Shown piece by piece: positions 27,801-34,414 of a stretch of 64,000 nucleotides of DNA; positions within the stretch are counted from its first letter, which is position 1, and each line of letters starts with the position of its first letter. Origin of the DNA: Lysobacterales bacterium (lineage in GTDB: Bacteria > Pseudomonadota > Gammaproteobacteria > Xanthomonadales > SZUA-38); assembly GCA_028285525.1 (NCBI GenBank), contig JANQOZ010000102.1:21888-85887 (forward strand), in the 5' to 3' direction. The notes under the pieces are model-generated. The model was not told the DNA's origin. It searched no databases and worked only from the letters and a program-made list of their open reading frames with translations. A program made the translations under genes and the position numbers.

Positions 27801-29829
27801 GGGCACTGGAATCCTCGGTCAGATTAATGAACTGGCTGTCAGCGAACGGGCCTGCGCCTCCCGTAGGATCGGAAAAGCCGTTGCTGAGCGTCAATGAGGA
27901 CCATTTATCGACAAATATGTCTCTCGCAATGAGCGCTCCAACCGCTTGGGCTGCCTGCTCAAGACGAATGGTGCCGTTTGGCGCGTAAACGTTGGCCTCA
28001 ATAGACGCGGTCGGCTGAAGCTGCACAGCGGCCGGCGTCTCGTGGATGCCCCCGCCAACGCCGTTCTGTCCGTTGACATACAAAACGATAGATGCGGGGC
28101 TATTCCCATAGGTGGGAATCAATTGTCCACCGTCATCGATAAACAGCGATTCATCGATTCTGAGTCTCGTTGAGCCGTCTACCTTGACGTAGGCGTCGAC
28201 ACCAATCGACAGCGATTTGATGTTGTAGAGCCCCGGGCCAAACTCCAAAATCCCGTTGTCCCCGACAGTGATGTCACCAAAGTCGCCTTGGACAATCGTC
28301 TGGTTTCCGGATGCAGGAACAGATACATCTTGGGTCCCAGGTAGTCCGGTTTCGAACACGGGGAGGTTTGAGAACACCGGCTCGTCGTAACGGTTCACCA
28401 ACGTTCCACCCAGCTTCGGTCGACCACCGAACAAGCCAGCACCCAGGATTTTTGTTCCTGAAATATCGACGTCGCTGTGGAGGTACTCGCCGAAAAGGTT
28501 TCGGTCAGCCTTCACGACGTAACTTTGGGGCAGGAACACACCGCGCCCAAAAAAGGCTTCGTAGCCTGGCTGAAGGGTATCGCCAGCAGCAGGCGCATTG
28601 ACTATGACATTGCCGGATTTGACGAAGACCTCTCGACCAAACTCGATGCTGTTTGTGGCCAGTGCGACGGTCTCTTTGAGCTGGATGTCCTCGCTCGGCA
28701 AAACACGATTCGAGACCTCGGCGACAGTCGACTGAACGCCACCCACCGCAACACGAAACTCGAAGTTATCGAATCCGACATAGCCAGCATCGGGCTCGTA
28801 TCGATATTCAGCGCGATAGTTGTCCAAGGTCTGAATAAACGTCAGCGTGCCGTTCGCGGGCTGGGTCACGATCTCAAACTGTAGCTGGGCCCCAGTTGGT
28901 CCACTGCCAGTCAGCTCGAACGTGACCGTCTCACCGACTCGGGAAAACAGACCTCGCGCATCCGCAAGCGGGCGATTGTCGAGTTCGGAAAACCCGCTTT
29001 CGCCGACGACAGTGCCGGTGTGAACGTCGCGCGCAAACAAAGCCCCGGTGGTGCTGCTGCTCGTCGTAATCGTTCCATAAGGTGCGTACACGCTTGCTTC
29101 AAAAACCGCGTAACCGCTGCCGACCTCTACTGTCGCTGGAAGAGAGCTGAATCCTCCGTCGGTTCCGTTGGAGCCGGCAACGTAAATTTTGACGTTGGGT
29201 GTTCCCGAATCATTTGTCAGCGCGGCGCCATCAGCAAGCTTGAGTTTTTCTGAGATTCGGACGTTTGTTGGTCCCGGGAACTTCAGATACGCGTTTGTCT
29301 GAATATCGACTGACTCAAACGTGTAGTTGCCGGGCTCTAACGAGAGGATCCCGTCTACGACGTTCAATTTGCCGTAGCGACCCGGCCATAAGACTCGATA
29401 GCCACCGCTGTCGACGGTTATGTCAAGCGTGCCCGGAGTCGACTCCTGGAACATCGGCAGGTTTGGAATGACCGGGAGCGTGAGGCTTTGTTGACTGCCA
29501 GTGTGACTCGCAGTTGAGTGAATAGTGAGACCGTTAGTGAAAATATCTCCTTCGATAACGCTATACAGCTCCATGTCGATGGAGTCGGCAAAGATATCGA
29601 ATCCACCTAGTAAATCGGCGCTGCGCGCGATGCCGAGCTCATAAGGGGGGCTTAGTGTTGGACCGCTCGAAACGCTATCGACGACAACGTTTCCGGAGAT
29701 ATAGGCTTCGCGCTTAATGTAGGCACTGTTTTCTGCGTAGATTGCCGTTTTGGAAAGGTCGTCCGCCCCAGTTCCGGTAGCGAAAACGAATAAAACGGCA
29801 GCAACAAAGCGCGGCGCAGACCTGAGCAT
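15802..29829 (-). CDS. giant Sec-signal Rhs/YD-repeat polymorphic toxin (4675 aa)
   Basis: Signal peptide MLRSAPRFVAAVLFVFATGTGA. Two N-terminal beta-helix-like modules of about 370 aa. Nine consecutive ~90-aa VNDxP...DxDGDxLT...G.L.G..P.LTY.P...F.G.DSF.Y...DG repeats (about 25440-27870). Ig/dystroglycan-type domains. A GTDFWLTFLRN domain. At least 7 FG-GAP/VCBS-like D.DGDG..E repeats. A YD/RHS shell of about 1250 aa (about 16267-20020) ending FRYTGEHFD..GYYLRARYLSPSLGRFYSSD...NDPVLFVDPSGYFG. Then a 154-aa C-terminal domain (15805-16266). Confidence 0.9.
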   Translation of the reverse strand: MLRSAPRFVAAVLFVFATGTGADDLSKTAIYAENSAYIKREAYISGNVVVDSVSSGPTLSPPYELGIARSADLLGGFDIFADSIDMELYSVIEGDIFTNGLTIHSTASHTGSQQSLTLPVIPNLPMFQESTPGTLDITVDSGGYRVLWPGRYGKLNVVDGILSLEPGNYTFESVDIQTNAYLKFPGPTNVRISEKLKLADGAALTNDSGTPNVKIYVAGSNGTDGGFSSLPATVEVGSGYAVFEASVYAPYGTITTSSSTTGALFARDVHTGTVVGESGFSELDNRPLADARGLFSRVGETVTFELTGSGPTGAQLQFEIVTQPANGTLTFIQTLDNYRAEYRYEPDAGYVGFDNFEFRVAVGGVQSTVAEVSNRVLPSEDIQLKETVALATNSIEFGREVFVKSGNVIVNAPAAGDTLQPGYEAFFGRGVFLPQSYVVKADRNLFGEYLHSDVDISGTKILGAGLFGGRPKLGGTLVNRYDEPVFSNLPVFETGLPGTQDVSVPASGNQTIVQGDFGDITVGDNGILEFGPGLYNIKSLSIGVDAYVKVDGSTRLRIDESLFIDDGGQLIPTYGNSPASIVLYVNGQNGVGGGIHETPAAVQLQPTASIEANVYAPNGTIRLEQAAQAVGALIARDIFVDKWSSLTLSNGFSDPTGGAGPFADSQFINLTEDSSAPVTLTGTGGQGSLSFTVLSEPMFGSLTGSPPNLTYQPDPDFFGQDHFLFVASDGSQTSNPASVTFKVSGVNDPPVAFDATYTTDVDVPVVLEDTATDVDGDSLTVTIVSAPANGTVSEVSGQRIYTPNAGFVGTDSFTYTVSDGSATSNVATITIEVGSASSPPVATDQTINLDEDTNAAVALAATDPEGDPLTFEILTAPGSGVLSGTAPNLTYVPNVDFNGSDSFTYRANDGTSNSNAATVTLDVAPVNDSPEANSDVVTLAEDNTANITVIANDIDGDTLTYQVITQPLNGVLSGSGPQFTYTPNPNFNGADSFAYVANDGNVNSNEATVSLSISAVNDIPIASGASAVVEEDSSVVVSVSASDVESASLSFVVSTPPSHGVVSGNGPDFIYTPNPGFSGSDSFSFVANDGLSDSVPALVSIVVNAVNDPPIAVDIAQTLNEDESVPVVLSASDEDGDALTFALTSQPEHGELTGTSPNLTYTPDPDFNGVDSFTYQAFDGIVSSMGATVTLTVTAVNDLPLAQDDLINLAEDTTAMVRLTASDADGDLLTFAIVDAPANGTLVGGGSDYDYTPSAGFSGTDSLTFVANDGAADSNLATITLVVEPINDPPTAEDLSVSTNEDVAVALTLAGTDPDGDVISFAVTQAPLRGTLSGTPPNLTYLPNADENGEDTFRFTVSDGIAESDPATVTVQISAQNDTPVADPQSLVVTEASLALTLTGSDVDGDPLTYQVVVSPAGGTLTGTAPNLTYTRNSGFSGPDSFTFQVSDGQADSAAAVVNLDVQVNNSAPEIISTPVLDAAEGAAYAYDVDASDADGDSLTYSLVIAPQGMSIDSATGLISWVPLSDTLGAVDVRVRASDPQGAFAEQDYVVTVPGSTINRSYLGTDFWLTFLRNDIDPGPPAVPALSIAAPGGASGTISVASLAIDIPFTIPAGGLERIELPISVVTRTNGTPDPVGVNVGADAPITVMAFNERTASTDAAQVYPTNVLASDYTIPAFHSLQLGAFGIVATEDNTLVTVTPGPGVTQMVGNGTFNQAPFNITLQQGDVWTNTPGSRARFVTGTTLRSSRPIGVFAGAICANVPNEETISCDHLIEQVPGDDQLATRFLSVPFATRFNGDLFRFVATTDDTVVRVNGVETAYLDALEFVDRVIDGVAEITSTAPIHAAQIATGQAFDAVERGATEPGNSDADPFMVLLPPTTAYLDEYIFTTAGTDRLNSHYVNVIIPDTAAASLVLDGQPADISTLVPIEDTGYLGGAIEVSFGTHTMSAAEKFGITIYGWGPAESYGTNGNAILGDLPPVNRLEVTPLNQTQTVGANACFTITTKNGLDYAVPFARIDVRVSGARTIRQSIATNDTGTANYCYIGIDAGTETATFVSGPAIESANVTWEALPAGTQAAPIIISLPPLELNEATHAYTIDAFDPNGDAITYGLVSGPAGVTVDGASGTLSWTPTVPQDRVSTLHAISVSATDPFGNQGVQNYELLVNYAPVFSEITPEETESFAPTFTVRAIGGNVDTNQLAIIEAPPRATVTNSGPDNQWLLQSGLNNTVGGEINLVREALEVFNPYCRAPLTDRSALNVKSVWTSTEDLKLVQVAPLTDTDGNGAINTADDQAIIGIGPDLTALDAATGTFLWRVSGAATIDVGAAIADIDGDNVPEVLVANDAATGERHLYAYSNLGDLLWESVTPVLPGNFDETRTAIEVFDLNGDGAVEIVVGPSVLDGTGNLLWQFNTAVSSPVVEALPWIADLEGDGQYEVLFGSEIRNADGSLRWSINTAVGGTNPVAQFVASDLDQDGSTDIIASVFDGLSHSLWVFEAGGSVKWGPVPMEDASLPVVADFDHDGRLEIYAPNDGLRLSETGEALAQEEDALGINTDFLRVVVGDFNGDGLYEVIRLRNGTTIEIVDVLSGLEWYSEGGFFDLDARYGGLALADIDRDGSVEILAGADSNSSSIFTKAMEPRGTGWVSGPVSTPSFGLVTTSNEVNIAIPARDVDALLPDLWIGKLRADSVGAGYEITAKLTNRGPADVASAVTVEFYRGDPDSPSAVLLGTQVVSGLRSTQSATVMLGGLTRQQVSGDIAVQLVTSEIECETRNNRVMTPVYELEVFDGPNRGDRRLFLPGLLENQLVASIASESPSVVAVGSTYVYDIDLVDPNIGDGLRVNVTGNNLPSDMSWNQEMGQIRWTPTIDDLGSYTFFIQARDLTGRVASERVDLTVVAMNNAAPTITSQPEIVAAFDSPYSYDVEATDPDGDPLTFSLGTAPAGMTIDANSGVISWTPTAADEGQPMVSVLVNDGLGGQGVQDFAITVGATINSPPVINQLPSDQARVSVVYNDQIVATDADGDPLTFTKVSGLNVVSINPSTGAVFYSPSNSTVGFHTIEFTVSDGTYTVPGSWNITVAPSNQPLQVAVELADTAVQPNTMVEVGVVATGAAGPYMLSLTMDGASIPLDASGRAMVDSGAPGLRSFVGTAVDQRDTVNDQRDLIVIDPSDVTPPLVALTAPVEGDVVTAPTPMIGDVLDDNLAIWRVFLQQGGTRPVVQEIASGSNEGTGISLGDFDPTMLMNGAYSLVLEATDLGGNMASDSIAIEVDGNMKVGHFSITLEDVSIDMVGIPLQVTRTYDTRQRNENLDFGYGWSVDYQNMRLTESRAPGQFWFIEEQGGSFGQTCAKSNGDNYVNIRLPDGETHRFRAVADPECKSNLDFISDPFFFLGFEPLGDTTSELEQASFGPLRVLSGDLVDLGAPDEPVDPKFYRLTTQEGFIYELDESFGIRQVIDNNGNTLTYTDSGIFHSAGKQIDFVRDVEGRISEMVLPNGTSLRYEYDGNGDLVSMTDQINSVAEYTYLPGHYLENLDDLRGTRVSTNEYDADGRLVAVIDATNRRIELTHDIAARSESVRDRLGNTTVYQYDERGNVLFETNALNETIGRTYDEFDNQLTETDPLGNTTTWTYDNRGNQLTETNAEGETTTYTYDTRGQVLTQTDDLGNVVVTNVYDLNGNIGRSTDALGNETNFVVGNGGRSLGLLFSITDAEGGVTSYTYDNSGNRLSETDQDGNVMEWSYDQNNNVLSETRRRVNNNGQVEISVTSYEYDDKDRRIFSTDSFGNFTETVYDDNGRVTAEFDENRNFAGYTFDSKGNMVSQRFASPADSISRTYDNENRLIREFDRNNNRTDMTYDEAGRLLETIYDDETSGLADNPRTTNEYDAAGRLTASIDERGNRTEYEYDGAGRRTLVRNALNQVTTFEYDDRGLRVAMTDANSRTTRYVYDAAERLVETIFPDDTPGDDTDNDRMLMAYDGLGRKISETDELGRITQFEYDGRGNLTAVIDALNQHTEYGYDGMGNKISQTDALGRVTRWEYDRLGRVVSRTLPLGQAEYFTYDDVGNRITRVDFNGAVTNWTYNNDNRVETETFEDFSTRSWTYRSDGSVDTVTDSRGVTEYDYDERDRLTRITYPDGAVVEYQYDEASNRVALITANQSVVYTYDVLNRLDTVTDDTGTTGYTYDSVGLRSGMTYPNGTQTVYTYDERNRLTGIDHVGPGATNLLGLTYVLNDNGTRAQILEDSGRQVTYTYDELNRLTQEAVIDPNVTDRTTSWVYDSVGNRLSQDDAGVVTTYVYNDNDQLLTETSGSDVNTYIYDANGNTQQKRVNGVTEVTYQWDFEDRLVGATNASNVSYTYDENGIRQSQTVGGVTTRFLVDPNRDYAQVIEERDGAGGVGVVYTHGDDLISQQRIADGKTGFYHYDGLGSTRLVTANNGIEVNEYVYEAFGTEESSNESQVNSFRYTGEHFDQDLGGYYLRARYLSPSLGRFYSSDKFVGHPQLPATLHKYSYANNDPVLFVDPSGYFGLATLSTNVTLGTGLRFGASRFVRNTFKKRNLNVFVVQSFRPNWHTFIYVERFPRPEGIRYDVGLLNTNKATVNSRPFSVFDGVVRARPAIRSSIRGIKKRVARLSFVQWLIWHSTVVGSSDSCSIQYNLLVRNCTTWTAAAAAKAILISLAIRA

Positions 29830-30238
29830 GCGGTATTCCTGTAGCTAGATATGTGAGGAGGGCGTCAAGAAAATGTCGGGATAATGTTACCTTAGCAATT
29901 ATTTCAGATTTGTTACAAGCAAGCTGAAACGACTCGCCACATGGGCGATCGACTGTACGTAGAAGGCTCGGATAGGGGCATTTTTCGCCAGGTTTGTACT
30001 CCCGCAGACGTGCCACACACCGCTGCGGCAGCGGCCACATAAGCCACTGGCGGAAGGTCATGTTGACGGCAGAAACCAATGCGATAACCGTCTGCGAGGT
30101 CTTCGCGCACTGGACAACCGCTGCGATTGTCGAATGCTTTGCTTACGGCTCCCCCGCTACCTCAGACCACATCCAACAGAACGAGCTGATGTGCCTCAGG
30201 CCTACTCGCGGGGCGACTTCCCTCTGGAGAAGCTCGCC

Positions 30239-30365
30239 GGCCTAATACTCCGAGGGCTGGTACAGGGGTTTCAAGGACTTTCGGCGAGTTTCAGTGAGTT
30301 ATATTAGGCCGCCGGATGCCTTTAACCTCTTGTTTTATATAAATTTTTAGGGTTTTCGGGAACCG
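30239..30365 (+). repeat. conserved pre-tRNA' module, copy D
   Basis: Contains the hairpin 30239-30310 (GGCCTAATACTCC...GAGTTATATTAGGCC) and an AT-rich spacer. Confidence 0.75.
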
Positions 30366-30412
30366 GATTTGTAATCAGTAGGTCCCGGGTTCGACTCCTG
30401 GTGCCGGCACCA
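30366..30412 (+). repeat. tRNA-Thr 3'-half direct repeat (copy D)
   Basis: 47/47 identity to tRNA positions 30-76. Confidence 0.92.
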
Positions 30413-30683
30413 ATAACATCAAGGGTTTACGAAGTTTTCGGGCTTTTTTTTGGACTAATTAGACTCGCTGAAACGCTTTAAACACAGCCACAACCTCGTC
30501 AATCGAACTCTTCAGTCAAAAAAAGCGCGAGCCACAGATTTTTTTCCGGCTTTGCTCATCAGATCTCGACAACGCTAGTTGCCCTTTCACGTCACAGATT
30601 CTTGTGATCGGGACCAATTGCCGAAACAAGCAAAGGAGGCAACTGTAAGGCCGACCTCGCACTTGACCCTGACCCCAATTGAC
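30413..30683 (+). repeat. conserved post-tRNA module, copy D
   Basis: Shares the AGCGCGAGCCACAGATTTTTTTCCGGCTTTGCTCATCAGATCTC core. Ends in GGGACCAATTGCC...CGCACTTGACCCTGACCCC. Confidence 0.75.
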
Positions 30684-30694
30684 GCCGAATCGGA

Positions 30695-33595
30695 TCAGCC
30701 GCCGCAGCGTCCGGCTGACTCAGCTTCAAAGCCATCGATGAAAAGCGGCTGATCGTCGTCGAAGTTGGTCACGAAAATAGGCAATGGCATTAGATCACTG
30801 TACGCGGTGTCTTCGCTTTCAATAGCCAGGTTCAGAGTGACCGCAACCTCCAGATCACATTCGTCGTCGTTTTGCCCGATCAGCGTAACCGTTTGGGGCG
30901 TATTCCAATTTGACGAAGTGAAGGTAAAGCTATTGGCCAGCGCCTGAACTTCGGTCTCATCGGCTACAACAAGCGATACAACAACATCGTTTGCCGGTTC
31001 GCGGGCGAGCACCAATCGAAACGAGTCTTCCTGACCACTTTCCGAGGTCACCAACGGTCCATCGATCAGTAGATCCACCCTGGCCGACGCCGACGGTGTG
31101 TTGTCGAGAATCTCCACCTGATAGCTGAACGAGACTATCAAATCACCATCGGTGCCAAGTTCGATCAAAAAGTCCTCCGTTGGCTCGAAGGCCATGTTGT
31201 TGACGGTGTCTATGGCCAGGGGTTTCGCCGCCATATCGTTTGCTGTCCAGGACAGTACACCGGATCCCGCGACGTAGTCCGCACCCTCCTGCGCTGAGCC
31301 CGGCGTCACTTTGTAGGTAAGGGTGATGGCGCCATCCAGCGGCGGTCGGGGAACCTCCAGCGCTAGCGCCTCCCCTTCCCGCACGCGCACGACAGTTGGA
31401 CTGATCTCTGGCGTGTCCGGTGGATCCGACAAATAGATGCTGCCGTTGCCGCCTGACAACATCACGCGGCCGTCCGGCGTGACAACGGCATCGAAGAAAC
31501 GGCTGCTTCGATTTTCAACCTCGATTGGCGTAGTGCGCCAGGTGGTGCCGTCGTCGGCGCTGATCCAGACAATGGGTATTCTATTGGAGTTGCTCGTGCT
31601 GGTGCGCCTCGACCCCGGAGCAATGAGGCGGTCGCCCGCTTCAACGATTGGGCCGATCGTCCAGCCGAGAAACACTCCGTCGCCGCCGTTGACACCATCC
31701 AAATCTCGATATTCTCGAACCACCCAGCTGTCTCCCCGGTCGTCGCTAGTTAAGATCTCGCCCGAGTCTCCACGGATGATCAACCGGCCGGAGCGGGTCC
31801 TAAATATCTGCTCCAGATCGATAGTGGTGAGTTCCGGTGATTCGTCGGAAAACAAGAGTCCCTCGAGGCCATTGAAAGGCCTTTCAACTCGCCAGGTAAC
31901 GCCGTTGTCGTCGCTAACAACCAGTTCCGGGCTGAAGCTGAAGGAGGCGTTTTTGAGGTAGATGATGCGGCCGCCGCCAGCGTGAATGCCAAATTCCGGC
32001 GTGGAACCGAAGCCACCTACACCCTCGCGCTGGGTCCAGGTCTGGCCGTTGTCGTCGCTGGTAAAGAAATCAGCCTCCGGGCCAATGGTCCGATCTTCCG
32101 GGGCGATAATAAGACGCCCGTTTTGCCCTACGACAACGTCAATCAATACGCCCGTAGTTTCGGGGGAGGCAGGGTAAGGGAGTGCGGCCCAGGACTTTCC
32201 TTCGTCGGTACTGGTGATCACCTGGTTACCCTGCGCCGAAAACAGGCGATCGCCGCTTCCGCGAATTCGAGTAAACCCGGCAATGCCAGTTTGTTCTTGA
32301 AGATCGGCGAACTCAACCCAGGTCGCGCCGTTGTCGACGCTGGACCAGACCCGCTGCCGAAAGTCCTGGCCCAGCGCCAGAATGCGGTTGCCAACCCGAA
32401 ACGGGTTGCTCATGTTGGGTCCGGGATCCTGATCGAGAATTTTGGACCAAGAGCTGCCCCGGTTATCGCTGCGCCAGACCTCGTCGCTGTTGCCGACCGA
32501 GATTACGGTTTGATTGTCGATGGCTCCGACGCTGCCAAACCCCTCCCGTACCGTATCGTCGGCCACCATCCAATCGGCCCCGGTGGACGAGATTTGCGCA
32601 CCGCGGCCGCCCACACTGAGTAGCTGACCGTCAACGTTTAGCCAGTCCGGATAGAGTCGACTCAGCTCGGTTCCCGTCCAGTTGCGCCCGCCGTCGAACG
32701 GGTTGGGGCTTTCCAGCACAAAGTTGCGCACGGCAACGGCTTCGAACAGCTCCGGTATAGACTCCGACCGTCGGAAAAGCTGTGTCTGCATCACGTAGTT
32801 GCCGTTCAGAAAGGTTATATCGCTGCCGTTTAGCCCTTCTAGGACATCGGGCCCCAGCACGTTGCCGTCGACGTTGTACTGCGCCTCGCTCAAGCGGTAA
32901 CCGTTCCAGCCGCCGCCATCGGCGCTGTCCAGCACCGTTTGAAACCCCGCAGCGGCAAGTCGTGAACCGGTTTGCGCCATGGATTGCAGGGCCCCAAGCG
33001 AAAAATACATTTGTTGCCACGATGCTCCCATGCGCCGAAAGATTAGACCGCCGATGTAGAAGCCGCCAAAGCCATTGGAAAGCAGCGTTGTCCCGTAGGC
33101 GATCAGCCCTCCGCCAGGCGTCACAAAAAGGTGGGTCAGATAGATACCCGGAAACCGACCAACCGAAGCAATAGCCTCCCTTACAGGAAAGGTCTCAACC
33201 TGCCAGCTGCTGCCGTTGTCGATGCTGGAAATGATTTTTGTTTGCCCCTCAAACGGAATCTGAAACCGATTGCTTGAGGGAATCAAGCGGGTCGCAGTGC
33301 CGACGATCGTGTTACCGAGGAGCACCAGGTCGGTGACATTGCCGTCCAGCGGCTGTCCGTTCTCTAAAATGGTGTCGTAGCGCCAGTTGGCGCCGTTGTC
33401 GTCACTGATCATCAGCCGGCCACCGCCGCCGGCGGCGATCCAGCGGCCACTGGGTGTCGCCACAAAGGCGTTGTAGCTCAGTCCGGGACTCAGATCGCCC
33501 CGCACGCGAGTCCAGTTGTCGCCGAGAGCAGTTGAGGTCAGCGGCGCAATGAGCGCACCAGCAGCCAGTAGCGTTGAGATCAGCATGGCTTTCAT
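30695..33595 (-). CDS. secreted BNR/Asp-box repeat protein with Calx-beta domain (paralogue 1)
   Basis: 966 aa. Signal peptide MKAMLISTLLAAGALIAPLTSTA. Nine S.D.G.(T/S)W Asp-boxes (SDDNGANW, SIDNGSSW, SDNRGSSW, SVDNGATW, STDEGKSW, SDDNGQTW, SDDNGVTW, SDDRGDSW, SADDGTTW). Calx-beta-like GSAQEGADYVAGSGVLSW. C-terminus LFIDGFEAESAGRCGG. Confidence 0.8.
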   Translation of the reverse strand: MKAMLISTLLAAGALIAPLTSTALGDNWTRVRGDLSPGLSYNAFVATPSGRWIAAGGGGRLMISDDNGANWRYDTILENGQPLDGNVTDLVLLGNTIVGTATRLIPSSNRFQIPFEGQTKIISSIDNGSSWQVETFPVREAIASVGRFPGIYLTHLFVTPGGGLIAYGTTLLSNGFGGFYIGGLIFRRMGASWQQMYFSLGALQSMAQTGSRLAAAGFQTVLDSADGGGWNGYRLSEAQYNVDGNVLGPDVLEGLNGSDITFLNGNYVMQTQLFRRSESIPELFEAVAVRNFVLESPNPFDGGRNWTGTELSRLYPDWLNVDGQLLSVGGRGAQISSTGADWMVADDTVREGFGSVGAIDNQTVISVGNSDEVWRSDNRGSSWSKILDQDPGPNMSNPFRVGNRILALGQDFRQRVWSSVDNGATWVEFADLQEQTGIAGFTRIRGSGDRLFSAQGNQVITSTDEGKSWAALPYPASPETTGVLIDVVVGQNGRLIIAPEDRTIGPEADFFTSDDNGQTWTQREGVGGFGSTPEFGIHAGGGRIIYLKNASFSFSPELVVSDDNGVTWRVERPFNGLEGLLFSDESPELTTIDLEQIFRTRSGRLIIRGDSGEILTSDDRGDSWVVREYRDLDGVNGGDGVFLGWTIGPIVEAGDRLIAPGSRRTSTSNSNRIPIVWISADDGTTWRTTPIEVENRSSRFFDAVVTPDGRVMLSGGNGSIYLSDPPDTPEISPTVVRVREGEALALEVPRPPLDGAITLTYKVTPGSAQEGADYVAGSGVLSWTANDMAAKPLAIDTVNNMAFEPTEDFLIELGTDGDLIVSFSYQVEILDNTPSASARVDLLIDGPLVTSESGQEDSFRLVLAREPANDVVVSLVVADETEVQALANSFTFTSSNWNTPQTVTLIGQNDDECDLEVAVTLNLAIESEDTAYSDLMPLPIFVTNFDDDQPLFIDGFEAESAGRCGG

Positions 33596-33777
33596 GGATC
33601 ACCTTTTTGTCGAGGTCAACTTTTGAAGCGAAATCGGGCTTCAAAGGGGGTCAGGGCAGATCAGACCCGCGAGTAACCGGTGCAAGAACTTCAGGAATCC
33701 AGGAAATCTGGGGCAGGTGTTTAATTGCCGCTTTTTGGGCGTACAAGGCAAAGCGCTTTTGCGAGCAAGCGATAGCG

Positions 33778-33843
33778 AGACCACCGCGACTCGAATTCGA
33801 AGGCGCCCCTTATCATGTGACATCTCGCGGTAGTCGGCGTGAG
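33778..33843 (+). pseudogene. stub of a second IS200-like/Y1 transposase family
   Basis: 22 codons, RPPRLEFEGAPYHVTSRGSRRE, resemble the P-R-I-E-F-P-G-A-x-Y-H-V-x-S-R-G-N-R-R N-terminus of COG1943-type transposases. Nothing follows. Very short. Confidence 0.3.
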
Positions 33844-33889
33844 CTGAATCACCCTGGGTATTGCGGAGACCATCTCGTGTGAGCCTAAG

Positions 33890-34171
33890 TCAACCGTGCA
33901 AAGCCCGTTTGACTGCTTCTGGTTCTTTTTCCATGACCCTAAGCAGGGTATGCGACGCTCCGTCGGGCTTGCGTTCCCCCTGCTCCCACTTTTGAAGCGT
34001 TCGGACAGAAATCATCAGGAACTCCGCAAACTGTTTTTGCGACATGCCAAACTTCAGCCGAACCGCTTTCACTTCCGCAGGTGCAAACTCGTGGCGCTTA
34101 AGCGACCCTGGGCGATCTCGAAACTCCTTCAGCCCAGCGAGGATCTCAGCACCAATGTCTCTTTTGCTCAT
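33890..34171 (-). CDS. HTH (XRE/NadS-type) antitoxin
   Basis: 93 aa: MSKRDIGAEILAGLKEFRD...FGMSQKQFAEFLMISVRTLQKWEQGERKPDGASHTLLRVMEKEPEAV. This is the typical antitoxin partner of HigB-2/RelE-like toxins. Confidence 0.75.
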   Translation of the reverse strand: MSKRDIGAEILAGLKEFRDRPGSLKRHEFAPAEVKAVRLKFGMSQKQFAEFLMISVRTLQKWEQGERKPDGASHTLLRVMEKEPEAVKRALHG

Positions 34172-34333
34172 TCAGACACACCTCGAAGTGATTTCACCAA
34201 CTCTCGCATTGCCGTGATCGCGGCCGAGGAAAGATCGTCCGCTTCGCTTATAGAGCTGCAGCATATTGAACTGGTCGTCGTCGAAGTAGTCTTCTCGGAG
34301 ACTGGTAAACGCCGACGTTTCGATAAACCCCAT
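34172..34333 (-). pseudogene. HigB-2/RelE-like toxin remnant
   Basis: My own translation in a frame the ORF track does not report: MGFIETSAFTSLREDYFDDDQFNMLQLYKRSGRSFLGRDHGNARVGEITSRCV*. The first ~28 aa match the M.FIET..F.......DD.Y..LQ N-terminus of this toxin family. The rest is out of family and only 53 codons long. The stop is adjacent to the antitoxin ATG (TGAATG). Confidence 0.5.
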
Positions 34334-34414
34334 TGATCACCATTATACCCCAATGGGGCATAAATCGGCAATCAGCAGGGTGTGGCAGATTACGAACTTA
34401 GGAGTGGCCCTCTG

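Noticed and set aside
25440-27870. A regular ~270-nt periodic repeat that could be mistaken for a repeat array or CRISPR.
   Set aside because: The repeats are long, contiguous and translated as protein domains. There are no short spacers and no cas genes. I saw no CRISPR array anywhere in the window.
15802-29829. Assigning the Rhs protein to a type VI secretion system.
   Set aside because: The protein has no PAAR, VgrG, DUF4150 or chaperone (EagR/DUF1795) signature, the window contains no T6SS genes, and the N-terminus is a Sec signal peptide.
33896-34371. 146-aa plus-strand ORF and 67-aa minus-strand ORF over the TA locus.
   Set aside because: The plus-strand ORF is antisense to the well-supported antitoxin. 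The 67-aa ORF (..STTTSSICCSS..) is the wrong frame. The HigB-like N-terminus appears in the other minus frame (34333-34172).
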